This document shows, piece after piece, positions 28,312 to 36,619 of a DNA stretch of 64,000 bases (within the stretch, counting starts at the first letter, position 1; every line of letters starts with the position of its first letter). The stretch comes from a virus: positions 32,001 through 96,000 of IMG/VR virus record IMGVR_UViG_3300042731_007944; one strand, 5' to 3'. The translations under genes were made by a program, and so were the position numbers. The notes below the pieces were generated by a model. That model saw only the letters and a program-made list of their open reading frames with translations. It was not told where the DNA came from and did no database searches.

Positions 28312-30806
28312 CAGCGGCTCCCCCAGCGGGTGGCGGTGGACACGACGCGGCTTTCCTGGGTGCGCTGGGCGTTCGTGATCCGCTTGGCAAACGCCTCCAC
28401 GCTGCGCTCGTCCACAATATTGTTGCCTTCAAACACGACGGTCACCGGCGCGGTGTGCGCGGGTGTTGCCGCCTGCGCCTGTACCTGTGGCGGCTGATAC
28501 TGTGACCGCGTGGGCATCGTGAGCACGCCTACCCCGCTCGCGCCGTAATACGATCCGCCCCCGGCCAGCGCACTGGCAATGTTCAGGCCCCCTCCGGCCA
28601 TGTACTCGCCGCCTCCGGCCAACATCGTCGCCAGGCTCGATCCAATCGCCTGCCCGGTCGTCTTCGCCTGGGAGGTCACGCCCTGAAGACTCGATCCGAT
28701 GCCGTCCACGGACGCCACGACTTTGTCCGCCCAGGACGCCATTTCTGGGAACACACTATGCTCATAGGCTTCATCGCCCAACGCCTTCACCTCTTCTTTT
28801 GCGCCAAAAATTTTGTCTTTCAATTGTGTCATGGCGACGCCCACTTTGTCAACCATGCGTGACATGCCTTCACTCACCGCTTCCCACGCGCCTGCTAATT
28901 CATTTTTCAGCAAATCAATAATGGTCCGGATACTGTCGCCAAGCGTGCCAAACACATCCAAATACGCTTCTTTAAAGCCATAGGCGCTATCACCCATTAA
29001 TTCAAATCCGGCAACGACCGCCTGAAACAAGGGCATCGTGATTTTACGCGCCTTCTCGATCCCCCCCGCGATACCATCCAGTACCGGCCTGATCACGTCC
29101 CACGCCACACCGAACGCATCGCCCACTTTTTCAGCGAAATCCACAACTTTCGTCAACTTAGGAATCAATTCTGTGAGCGCCGGGCCGAGCGTCGTCACGA
29201 TCTCTTTGGCCGTTGTGAACGCTTTACTCAGGCCCGTTTGCCCGGATTCGTCCGGCGTGGTGTACTTCACAAACACCTCTTTAATCTGCTCGCCCAGGCC
29301 CTTCAGGGTTTCCCAGAATTTCGAGGCCCCGGCTTCAACAGAATCCCAAAGGGTTGCCCCGTGCTCTTCGACATACGTCATCCAGACTTCAAACTGTTCT
29401 GATAGCGGTCCAATGACGGCCCCGGCAAGTTCCAGGGCTTTATCATGGAGAATACCAAACACCTCATGTAATTTCTCGCTGTTCCGGCTCCACTCCTCAA
29501 ATTTGTCAACCAAGGGGTTAATGTAATTTTTGAGGAAATCCGCAAATGTTTCGGCAAATGGTTCGCCGAATGTGATCAAAATGCTATTCCAAATACTACC
29601 AAGGACTTTTTGCGCTTCTGACGCCCGATCTACCTGACGGGCATAACTGTCCATGTGTGAGTTTGCGCTAATAAATGCGTCCTCAGCAATTTTGAAAATA
29701 GATAAAAAGCCCTCTCCAATAGGCATTGTCTGATCCATTGCCGCTGCTAATGTTGAAATAGCTTTGAGGCCGATTGCTCCAAAAGCATCGGTGGCAAGGG
29801 TATTTTGATCAACCCCCGCCCTGATAGATTCAACGGACATATCCAGGCCGTTAAACGCCTCGGTGAGCAAATTCATTGTGTTGAACGAATCCTGTCCGAG
29901 GGCATATTGAATCATTTCACCGAGTGAAGAGAAGGAGATCCGGCTTTTGCCGGTGATCGCCTCTAATCTGGCAATGGCTGCCGTTCCGCCGTCTGATTGT
30001 GCCGTCAGCATTTTCGCTGCGGCGGCTAACGCATCCGTTTTGGTTGTCAGGTTGAAATAGGCACTTCCCATCTGCCGCGATGCGCTCGTGGCCGCTAATC
30101 CTCCTGAGATCAGAGCCCCGCCCCAGGCTGTCGCTTGTTCATAGCTGAGCCTCATCACAGCGTTATTTTGCCCCATTGCCTTGTTAAAATTGCTGATCTC
30201 AAGCTCGTTCGCATTCATGCTTTTGCTGACAGCATCCAGGGCAGAGAGCATATTTGCGGTAGAATCAGCGGCGAGTTTAAAAATGGTCTGGGATTTCCCC
30301 ATGTGGAGGGCGAGCTTTTCCGTACTACCTCCAAATTTATCAAGTGCAACAGCGCCAATCCCGACTTGACGTGAAAATTCGGCGATTGACTCAGCGCCTT
30401 TGATCCCCATCTGACCAGCAACCTGCGCCACTTCAAGAAGGTTGGCGGCCGTCAGACTCCCAATTGGTTTGGCGAGTTCGCGGATCTGTTTGCCGAACTC
30501 ATCAAGGGCATCGCCAGTCATGCCGGTGGTTTTTCCGACTAGCGCGAGGGCGTCATCATACGTTTGGTAGGCATCGACGGCATCAGTCACAAATTCCGTA
30601 CTGATGTCCATCATCGAGGAGGCGACATTGCTAACAAGGTCAATAATGCCACCGAAGGCTTTGGTCGCAATAGAGGCGAGTGATGTGAATGCGCCACCGA
30701 GAGAAGTGACGCCCTTAATTGAACCCCCGAGATCCAGGCGGACTTTTACGGTAATTTCATCGACTGTTGCCACTACGTGGTCGTAGAGCGCCCGTGTTGA
30801 CGCCAC
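28311..30806 (-). CDS. tail tape measure protein (TP901 type; start may be GTG 30773)
   Basis: YDDALALVGKTTG...AGQMGI...IAEF; long Ala/Gly helical protein. Confidence 0.88.
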   Translation of the reverse strand: MASTRALYDHVVATVDEITVKVRLDLGGSIKGVTSLGGAFTSLASIATKAFGGIIDLVSNVASSMMDISTEFVTDAVDAYQTYDDALALVGKTTGMTGDALDEFGKQIRELAKPIGSLTAANLLEVAQVAGQMGIKGAESIAEFSRQVGIGAVALDKFGGSTEKLALHMGKSQTIFKLAADSTANMLSALDAVSKSMNANELEISNFNKAMGQNNAVMRLSYEQATAWGGALISGGLAATSASRQMGSAYFNLTTKTDALAAAAKMLTAQSDGGTAAIARLEAITGKSRISFSSLGEMIQYALGQDSFNTMNLLTEAFNGLDMSVESIRAGVDQNTLATDAFGAIGLKAISTLAAAMDQTMPIGEGFLSIFKIAEDAFISANSHMDSYARQVDRASEAQKVLGSIWNSILITFGEPFAETFADFLKNYINPLVDKFEEWSRNSEKLHEVFGILHDKALELAGAVIGPLSEQFEVWMTYVEEHGATLWDSVEAGASKFWETLKGLGEQIKEVFVKYTTPDESGQTGLSKAFTTAKEIVTTLGPALTELIPKLTKVVDFAEKVGDAFGVAWDVIRPVLDGIAGGIEKARKITMPLFQAVVAGFELMGDSAYGFKEAYLDVFGTLGDSIRTIIDLLKNELAGAWEAVSEGMSRMVDKVGVAMTQLKDKIFGAKEEVKALGDEAYEHSVFPEMASWADKVVASVDGIGSSLQGVTSQAKTTGQAIGSSLATMLAGGGEYMAGGGLNIASALAGGGSYYGASGVGVLTMPTRSQYQPPQVQAQAATPAHTAPVTVVFEGNNIVDERSVEAFAKRITNAQRTQESRVVSTATRWGSR

Positions 30807-30855
30807 AAAAAAACCGGACAGACGGAGTGTAGCGGACCCCGTGTTTGTCCGGTAA
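30805..30855 (-). terminator. leader terminator/attenuator upstream of tape measure
   Basis: ACCGGACA...TGTCCGGT plus T-run; alternative GGAC-AAACACGGG-GTCC hairpin in its 5' arm. Confidence 0.6.
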
Positions 30856-30883
30856 GAAAATCATGATTTCGTGTGTTGGCAGC

Positions 30884-30926
30884 AGTATGGCAGGGGGGTG
30901 GTGAAAAGTCAAGTGAAAATTTTCAC
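30884..30926 (-). promoter_or_regulatory. sigma70 promoter with adjacent palindrome GTGAAAATTTTCAC
   Basis: TTGACT-17-CATACT; perfect 14-bp palindrome at 30913-30926. Confidence 0.65.
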
Positions 30927-31131
30927 TGTGAAAAGAAAGGCAACTTATTTTTTTGTGCCATAGGGGAAGCGTAAAAAGGCTGACGAAATTTGTCAAGTTT
31001 TTCTCGCAAAAATTATTATAAAAAATGGGTCTTTTTTGGTAAATATACCTTGACAAAAAACCTGTTCATCTGTCAGTATTATCTATGTTGAGAGTTTAAA
31101 GAATAATATTGTTAGCAGGCTTTTGAATATG

Positions 31132-31226
31132 TGGCGTGTACCGTAGGGGTAACGAGAGGACAGACCTTGTCTCACGTACTCGCGATGCCGTGAGGCCCGT
31201 TGGTTCGATTCCAACCACGCCACCCA
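31132..31226 (+). tRNA. tRNA-like gene with non-canonical anticodon loop
   Basis: Acceptor TGGCGTG/CACGCCA plus CCCA; T arm GTTGG-TTCGATT-CCAAC; long variable arm; loop AGACCTT lacks U33/R37. Confidence 0.55.
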
Positions 31227-31246
31227 CAGAACAAGAAAAGAGGAAG

Positions 31247-31468
31247 ATGATGTCATTAGCAAAGATATTTTTTACCCAGTTAAGACTATCGCTTTGTTTG
31301 CTTTTTTTGCAACTCGTTTTGAAAATTGTTCCAAAAGATGACGATGAAGGAAAACTCATTATAGCATCAATTGGTGCATTGGCAAAAATGGAGTCGGCCT
31401 TGTTATCGTCACAACTGCCTGCTAACAAGGCCATGCAAAAGACACAGGCCGATGCCCGCAAAAATTAG
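31247..31468 (+). CDS. cassette 1 hypothetical protein
   Basis: GAGGA RBS; stop lies inside attC1. Confidence 0.5.
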   Translation: MMSLAKIFFTQLRLSLCLLFLQLVLKIVPKDDDEGKLIIASIGALAKMESALLSSQLPANKAMQKTQADARKN

Positions 31469-31542
31469 GAAATAACTATATACTGTATCGCCCGCTATCA
31501 GGTTCACTCTTTGCCTGTGCTTCTGATGGCCGGCCGTTATGA
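31420..31542 (+). repeat. attC site 1
   Basis: TGCTAAC...GCCAT..ACAGGC/GCCTGT..ATGGC...GTTATGA. Confidence 0.8.
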
Positions 31543-31553
31543 GGCTTCGTTAA

Positions 31554-31829
31554 ATGGCAATCCGATTAAGGAAAATAGAAAATACGTATGTAGCGTTATG
31601 TGCTGTTGAATCAGACGCAAAAGTTGGCGATATTTATCTTGATGATAATATGCACCATGCGCTTTATACGAAATTCGCAATAGATTTTAATAGTGAGCGG
31701 AATTGCGGTATTGTGTTTGATGAAATTGTCGCAAAACTTATGGAGTCTCAAAAGGTTCGTGATGCACAAGAAGAAGCCGAGAGGTGGAGTGCAGAACGCC
31801 GTCATAACGCTCCAAATCAGCAGAGGTGA
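31554..31829 (+). CDS. cassette 2 hypothetical protein
   Basis: ORF starts just after attC1; ends at an attC remnant (TCATAAC, 31802). Confidence 0.6.
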   Translation: MAIRLRKIENTYVALCAVESDAKVGDIYLDDNMHHALYTKFAIDFNSERNCGIVFDEIVAKLMESQKVRDAQEEAERWSAERRHNAPNQQR

Positions 31830-31832
31830 CGT

Positions 31833-32063
31833 ATGCGAGAAATAAATTTATTGAAGTGGATGCGAGATCATTGTTTGCGTTATGGCAGTATTGGAATTGC
31901 TGCAAAAAGATTCACTGTCTCGAATATTTGCTATGAATTGTTCATAGACCGCGATACCATTACGACGGAGATTGAAAAAATGGTTGAAAGTGGTTTGGTA
32001 ATGTGGTTGTTTGATAAAGATACGCTTGAATTAACAAAAAAAGGCATCCATGCAACCTCATAA
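31833..32063 (+). CDS. cassette 2 small wHTH-like protein
   Basis: IEKMVESGLV...LELTKKG; TAA stop lies in R'' of attC2. Confidence 0.6.
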   Translation: MREINLLKWMRDHCLRYGSIGIAAKRFTVSNICYELFIDRDTITTEIEKMVESGLVMWLFDKDTLELTKKGIHATS

Positions 32064-32187
32064 CAATAAAATGCACGTGAGTTTGCCCGCTGTCAGCAGT
32101 TTCCAGCGTTGCACTTCCGCTCACATGTTGTCGTAGTCCAAACGTGGTTGCCCGCTATGGCAAACCACGTGATTTTCAGCGTTATGA
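32058..32187 (+). repeat. attC site 2
   Basis: TCATAAC..AAAAT-G-CACGTG..TTTGCC / GGCAAA..CACGTGATTTT..GTTATGA. Confidence 0.85.
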
Positions 32188-32269
32188 GGCTTGTATGACA
32201 CGTCAATTTGAACTGTGGAATCAGGGAAGATGGATGGAAGAATTTCCGGCAGAGATCATTACGAATTCC

Positions 32270-32520
32270 CGCGCGCCGCAAGGCGGGGGCTTCCTGATGA
32301 GTGGGCCAGATGGAGTAGCCCCGGAATTGTCCCGCAGGCTCCCTGAGCTAAGAAAGGGCGAGAACCCTGAAAGTGAGAAGGGCTGACACTCGGAAAGGAC
32401 GAGCTAACCTGTCGTCATAAATTGATAAGAAAGGCGACCCCGGACGAGAGTAACCGGGAAATCTTGAACATATTCCGTGGGGAGTGCTCCGAGGAGAGAG
32501 CCCCGGCTGTGCAGCATCCA
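32270..32520 (+). ncRNA. candidate structured RNA inside cassette 3
   Basis: Dense short stems with GNRA-like loops (CGCC-GCAA-GGCG, CCCGG-AC-GAGA-GT-AA-CCGGG); no convincing ORF. Confidence 0.4.
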
Positions 32521-32552
32521 AAAAAAGAATGGCAGCCAAAACAGGAGCGCCA

Positions 32553-32653
32553 TCATAACAAGCAATTTCACCAGACAACGCCCGCCGTCAGGTGTTTTGC
32601 AGATTAGAAACCACGTCGCAAGCGGGCATTGCAGGTGATTTGCGGCGTTCTAA
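32553..32653 (+). repeat. attC site 3
   Basis: TCATAAC..GCAATTTCACC..GCCCGC / GCGGGC..GGTGATTTGC..GTTCTAA. Confidence 0.85.
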
Positions 32654-32673
32654 TGCCTTCAGCGGAGGATGTC

Positions 32674-33000
32674 ATGTTTGAAAAAATAGAACTTACTAAA
32701 GACAATCTTTTGGAATTTCTATCAAATAATGTGTGCGCGAAAGACTCTGAATTCAATCTTGAACTATGCGAATCAAAAGGCCGTGGCCGCAGTGGGCGTA
32801 CAGTTTTTTATATTCATGGCGAATTGATAAGCCATTTGTGGAAAACATGTCAAATTAATCGAGCCCCTCGGTTTTCCGTATTCTCCGATCAAGATGTCAT
32901 TGAAAGGGCGAATAACTGGATAAAACGAAAAAGAAAGTTGTTGGTTGGGGCATTAGAACAAACGCTTGCAAAAGACCCCAAAGACGCGGGCGAAAATTAA
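32674..33000 (+). CDS. cassette 4 hypothetical protein
   Basis: GGAGG RBS after attC3. Confidence 0.65.
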   Translation: MFEKIELTKDNLLEFLSNNVCAKDSEFNLELCESKGRGRSGRTVFYIHGELISHLWKTCQINRAPRFSVFSDQDVIERANNWIKRKRKLLVGALEQTLAKDPKDAGEN

Positions 33001-33060
33001 TCTTGTTAACGTCAGCTTCGGTGGCCGCGTCTTTGGGGCTGTTGAAGCGAGGCGTTACAT
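32953..33060 (+). repeat. attC site 4
   Basis: TTAGAAC..CGCTT..CCCCAAAGACGCGG / CCGCGTCTTTGGGG..AAGCG..GTTACAT. Confidence 0.88.
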
Positions 33061-33144
33061 GCCCTCCCCGTAGGCGTAACCGCTCATTGAAAACTTAAAA
33101 ATCTTCCTGAAATCAAAAAAACATTCAATTTGAATAAATAATAC

Positions 33145-33173
33145 TTGACAATATTCATATTGAATATTATATT
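33145..33173 (+). promoter_or_regulatory. internal sigma70 promoter of cassette 5
   Basis: TTGACA-17-TATATT with ATATTCA/TGAATAT inverted repeat in the spacer. Confidence 0.7.
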
Positions 33174-33225
33174 ACATGTGACGCTGAAAAAGGGAACATA
33201 AACACAAATTCAGGAGGATTCAATC

Positions 33226-33522
33226 ATGACAGCTTATGAAAAAAACCAGGCAATGTTAAACAAGCCAAAACAACAGTTATACCCCCTTGAAAAAGTTTTG
33301 AGAAAAGAAGGGTGGGAATACATGTATTGCGACAATACAAGCGAGGTATGGGATGTAAAAGCCCTGCTTGAAAGCGAATGTCCGGCATTGCAAGAATTGT
33401 GTCGCCCTGAGATGGGAGAAGGTGAGGTCGTCTTTCATTTTCATCAATATTGTTTGCGCAAGGGTTCGCTTGGGGTTGCTGCCTCAGTGAACACTTTTCG
33501 TACTATCAAAACGACCATCTAA
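33226..33522 (+). CDS. cassette 5 hypothetical protein
   Basis: AGGAGG RBS. Confidence 0.65.
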   Translation: MTAYEKNQAMLNKPKQQLYPLEKVLRKEGWEYMYCDNTSEVWDVKALLESECPALQELCRPEMGEGEVVFHFHQYCLRKGSLGVAASVNTFRTIKTTI

Positions 33523-33534
33523 GGGAGATTCGCA

Positions 33535-33945
33535 ATGTATCCACGTATCGCGACAGCAGCGCAGATTATGGCGGCCTTAATGGCCGCCCTCGGCTGGAAA
33601 CAAGCCGACGTAGAGCAAGAATTAGGCTTCAACCAGAGCGAAATCAGCAAGCTTCTTACTGGTGATATTGGCTTCACCAAAAAAACAGAGAAGCTTGTGG
33701 ATTTATATTTAGAGCATAAGCTTTCTGACGATCAGAAGCGTGAATTTGGATGGGAAATCTTTTTGCAGCTTCATCGCGAAGAAGTTGTCGATTTGGCGAA
33801 AAAAGCCGGATGGTTTCCGCGCTCTGGCAGCAGTTTAGAACTTGATGCGTTTTTACTGCCAGATGGTTTTGAGGCTCCGGCAGTTGAAGCGTATTCAGAA
33901 TTATGTAATGTGTTAGACGCTACAAAAATGGAGTATGGCATGTAA
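33535..33945 (+). CDS. XRE-family HTH protein
   Basis: GWKQADVEQELGFNQSEISKLLTG; stop lies in R'' of attC5. Confidence 0.75.
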   Translation: MYPRIATAAQIMAALMAALGWKQADVEQELGFNQSEISKLLTGDIGFTKKTEKLVDLYLEHKLSDDQKREFGWEIFLQLHREEVVDLAKKAGWFPRSGSSLELDAFLLPDGFEAPAVEAYSELCNVLDATKMEYGM

Positions 33946-34042
33946 CAAAGCGTTTCACGGGACTTTGCCCGCCCGCGACGTTTGATTCAGTTTTGAAACT
34001 TGGTTCCGGGGCGGGCAAACCCCGTGAACGCAGGCGTTATAA
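33940..34042 (+). repeat. attC site 5
   Basis: ATGTAAC..GCGTTTCACGGG..TTTGCCCGCCC / GGGCGGGCAAA..CCCGTGAACGC..GTTATAA. Confidence 0.9.
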
Positions 34043-34067
34043 ACCTTAGCGCCAACGGAGTACAAAC

Positions 34068-34788
34068 TTGAAAATAGGCCCATACGAAACAAATCAGATT
34101 TACACCGGAGACGCGAGAGCCTTGTCAAAGGAAATCCCTGATGAGTCTATCGACTTAATTTTGACCGATATATCAGAATATAGAAGACTATCTGTGGCTT
34201 TCAAATTTGGCTCAGAGAGTGTTGAAACCGAATTGCGCCTGTCTTATGTGGCAGGGCCAGCAGTGGCTTTCTGACACAATCTGCGCGTTGAAAGCGGGGC
34301 CTTTGGCGTATCGTTGGGTTTTGGGGTGGTATGCGTCCAACAATATGCAGATGGTCGGCAAGATAGGGCGCAAGATTGCGCCCTGTTTATGGTACGAGAA
34401 AGGCCACAGCAACCCGTTCAAAGCCGTCCGTGAAGTGGTTGACGTGCCGATCCCAGGCAAGAAGCCGCCGTTCAAATGGGCGAAGAATCCGAAAGCTCTT
34501 GCGTATTATCTCAGCAAGTTTGCAAATGAGGACAGTGTCGTTTTTGACCCGTTTTCAGGCATGGGCAGTTTACCGGCAGTCTGCAAAAGTTTTGGGATAA
34601 ATTTTCTTGCCTTTGAACTGGAAGCGGATCGCGCAGAATCAGCGCGTGAACGTTTAGCCCAAACTCCGGTGCCATTGCCTTTTAAAGTCCTGCAATCAGA
34701 GCAAACAAGCTTTGACTGTGGGGTTTATAACAATGGCATGGAGCCGGATTTGAAACCCGCCGCGTCAAGTTTTGCGGCGAACAATTAA
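34068..34788 (+). pseudogene. beta-class N4C/N6A DNA methyltransferase, frameshifted at the catalytic motif
   Basis: GDA....IPDESIDLILTD in one frame, IYQNIEDY...RVLKP...VFDPFSGMGS in another. Confidence 0.8.
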
Positions 34789-34834
34789 CAACGGTGGGCG
34801 GCGGGCTTCAAACCGCTCATGCCTGCCGTTATAA
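34725..34834 (+). repeat. attC site 6
   Basis: TTATAAC..GGCATG..TTTGAAACCCGCCGC / GCGGCGGGCTTCAAA..CATGCC..GTTATAA. Confidence 0.9.
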
Positions 34835-35130
34835 CGCATATCATACTCAACGTGGGCAGTACAACAAAAAGCTGTAAAAACGTCTTGCGCTTTCCAGATT
34901 GATGCGTTACGATGATTGGAAGAGAGGTATGGTGGCCCACACAGCACGGTTGCGCCGAGGTTTGTTCACGCTACTCCTCGTCAAATATGGTGTGGCGTTT
35001 TGTGATGGTTGGTTGCCTTTGGTCATGGCGCAACCGTCCAGTGTGGAGTCAGGGGAGTTGCTCGTATCAAAAATACGCATCGCGCCACGCTTCGCGTCGC
35101 GCTTATTTGGATTTTCGCCCCAGAAATATT

Positions 35131-35322
35131 ATGCAGTACACAGTAAATTTTTTAGAAAACGATGGAGAATACATAGGGATCTTGACAGTGAATTGTGATC
35201 ATGGTGTTAAGGTCGATGAAAGTGATCCCCGTATATTTTATGCCGACAACGTAAGTATTGCCATTGATGAGGAAATTGTTTCTGTTAAAGATGATAATGG
35301 TAATGTAGTATTCAAAGGGTAA
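35131..35322 (+). CDS. small acidic hypothetical protein
   Basis: MQYTVNF... C-terminal part of ORF 34912-35322. Confidence 0.45.
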   Translation: MQYTVNFLENDGEYIGILTVNCDHGVKVDESDPRIFYADNVSIAIDEEIVSVKDDNGNVVFKG

Positions 35323-35329
35323 ATATAAT

Positions 35330-35989
35330 ATGCCTGTTCCAGATCACGTCATCTTTGGCCCAAATTCCCAAGGCGAGGGAATCACATATGGGCAAGTTCG
35401 CGCCCTTGAAGAAAACGATCGTTACTCAGCGCTGAAGCAGAGACTCGATACTTTTCTGATTTCACAAATACACGAACTCGCCAAAGAGGAGGACGGGCAA
35501 AGAAAAGTCTACAGCCCATTTCCATTATTCTTGCTGACATGCATAGCCATAGAGGCTCTCGGGAAGGCATTGTACCGACCCTCCCAGCCTATGTCTGATA
35601 AGGACGCTCAACGTGAAGGCTTCTTTACGGTGTGTGGCAAGATCGATAAACATTTCTCCCGACCGTTGCGTAAGAAGGATAAAAAGAGACTTGATATGCT
35701 TTGGGGAGAAAATATGCAGAAAAAGCCTGAAACGTTGGCAGATGTGATATATCGTTTTGGTCGGCATACTATGGCGCACGGGTTTCGAGGAAAAGGAGTC
35801 TATCTTACCGAAGATAAGAAGATCGAATGGGAATTTATTGACTGTGCGTTATATTTAAATCCTTACTGGTTCTGGCGGACATTCACGGCTGTATACGAAC
35901 AGGGATGGGCTGCGTTGTTTGAGAATAAAGAGCCAACGAATACACTAAAACGTTCGGCTGATCAGTATTTGGCAGAAATATTGGAATAA
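35330..35989 (+). CDS. helical protein with HEPN-like RxxxxH motif
   Basis: LLTCIAIEALG ... YRFGRHTMAHG. Confidence 0.5.
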   Translation: MPVPDHVIFGPNSQGEGITYGQVRALEENDRYSALKQRLDTFLISQIHELAKEEDGQRKVYSPFPLFLLTCIAIEALGKALYRPSQPMSDKDAQREGFFTVCGKIDKHFSRPLRKKDKKRLDMLWGENMQKKPETLADVIYRFGRHTMAHGFRGKGVYLTEDKKIEWEFIDCALYLNPYWFWRTFTAVYEQGWAALFENKEPTNTLKRSADQYLAEILE

Positions 35990-36065
35990 ACCAACAAAAA
36001 GGGAAGTAATATTTAAAGGCGTTATAATAATATTGTTATAACCACCTTAGAAGGAGCAGCCAACT

Positions 36066-36389
36066 ATGGGCATGAAAAAACATACATACGTAATGACTGG
36101 GATAAAATTGACACCTAAAATGCTTGAGACTCAAATGATTGATATTTTCAGTGACAAACTGCTTCCACTTGTTGAAGGTCATAAAGATGTTTCGTTGTCC
36201 ATTGTTTATGGTGAAGGAAGTAGCGTCTATGCTGGAAAGATTGTTGCTAAAAGTGAACCATATAGCGATGATGTATCACAAGAGCTACAATTCCCGTCTC
36301 GTCAGGAAGTGGCAAATGAGTTGAGGAAATATGGGTTTAAAATTGAATCCTATTCCGTTAATAACTGGTTTTTCGATATTTGGCGATGA
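36066..36389 (+). CDS. cassette hypothetical protein
   Basis: AAGGAG RBS; stop abuts attC7. Confidence 0.65.
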   Translation: MGMKKHTYVMTGIKLTPKMLETQMIDIFSDKLLPLVEGHKDVSLSIVYGEGSSVYAGKIVAKSEPYSDDVSQELQFPSRQEVANELRKYGFKIESYSVNNWFFDIWR

Positions 36390-36493
36390 TTATAACAATG
36401 CGTTTCAAGCGACTCCTGCCCGCCACGACGCTTTGGATAAGCTTTGAACTTTAGTTTCAGGCGGGCAGGAGCGCCTGAACGCAAACGTTAGGG
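36390..36493 (+). repeat. attC site 7
   Basis: TTATAAC..TGCGTTTCA..CTCCTGCCCGCC / GGCGGGCAGGAG..TGAACGCA..GTTAGGG. Confidence 0.9.
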
Positions 36494-36619
36494 CGCATAT
36501 CGCTTGTAGCATAGTTGGTTGGTACGAGCAGTGAAAAATAACTTGCGCCCGTAACCAATCCATGCCATATTAATTCGATTTGAGATAATGGAGATAATAT
36601 ACAACAAAAGGAGAATGAT

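Larger units (their letters stand above)
31095..36493 (+). mobile_element. integron cassette array lacking integrase (CALIN-like)
   Basis: Seven attC sites of 101-130 bp; each cassette start (GTT...) is the reverse complement of its own R'' end; all cassette ORFs on +. Confidence 0.88.

Noticed and set aside
30941-30961. Additional sigma54 promoter TGGCAC...TTGC
   Set aside because: GG-to-GC spacing is too long
31132-31226. tRNA-Sec or tRNA-His
   Set aside because: Length and acceptor are suggestive, but no TCA or GTG anticodon sits in a proper loop
32294-32330. Canonical hammerhead at CTGATGAG
   Set aside because: The matching CGAAA is absent (CGGAAT) and stems I and III could not be assigned; kept only as part of a generic structured-RNA candidate
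31420-36493. attC hairpins read as terminators or REP elements
   Set aside because: They lack U-tracts and show AAC/GTT cores with cassette-specific end complementarity
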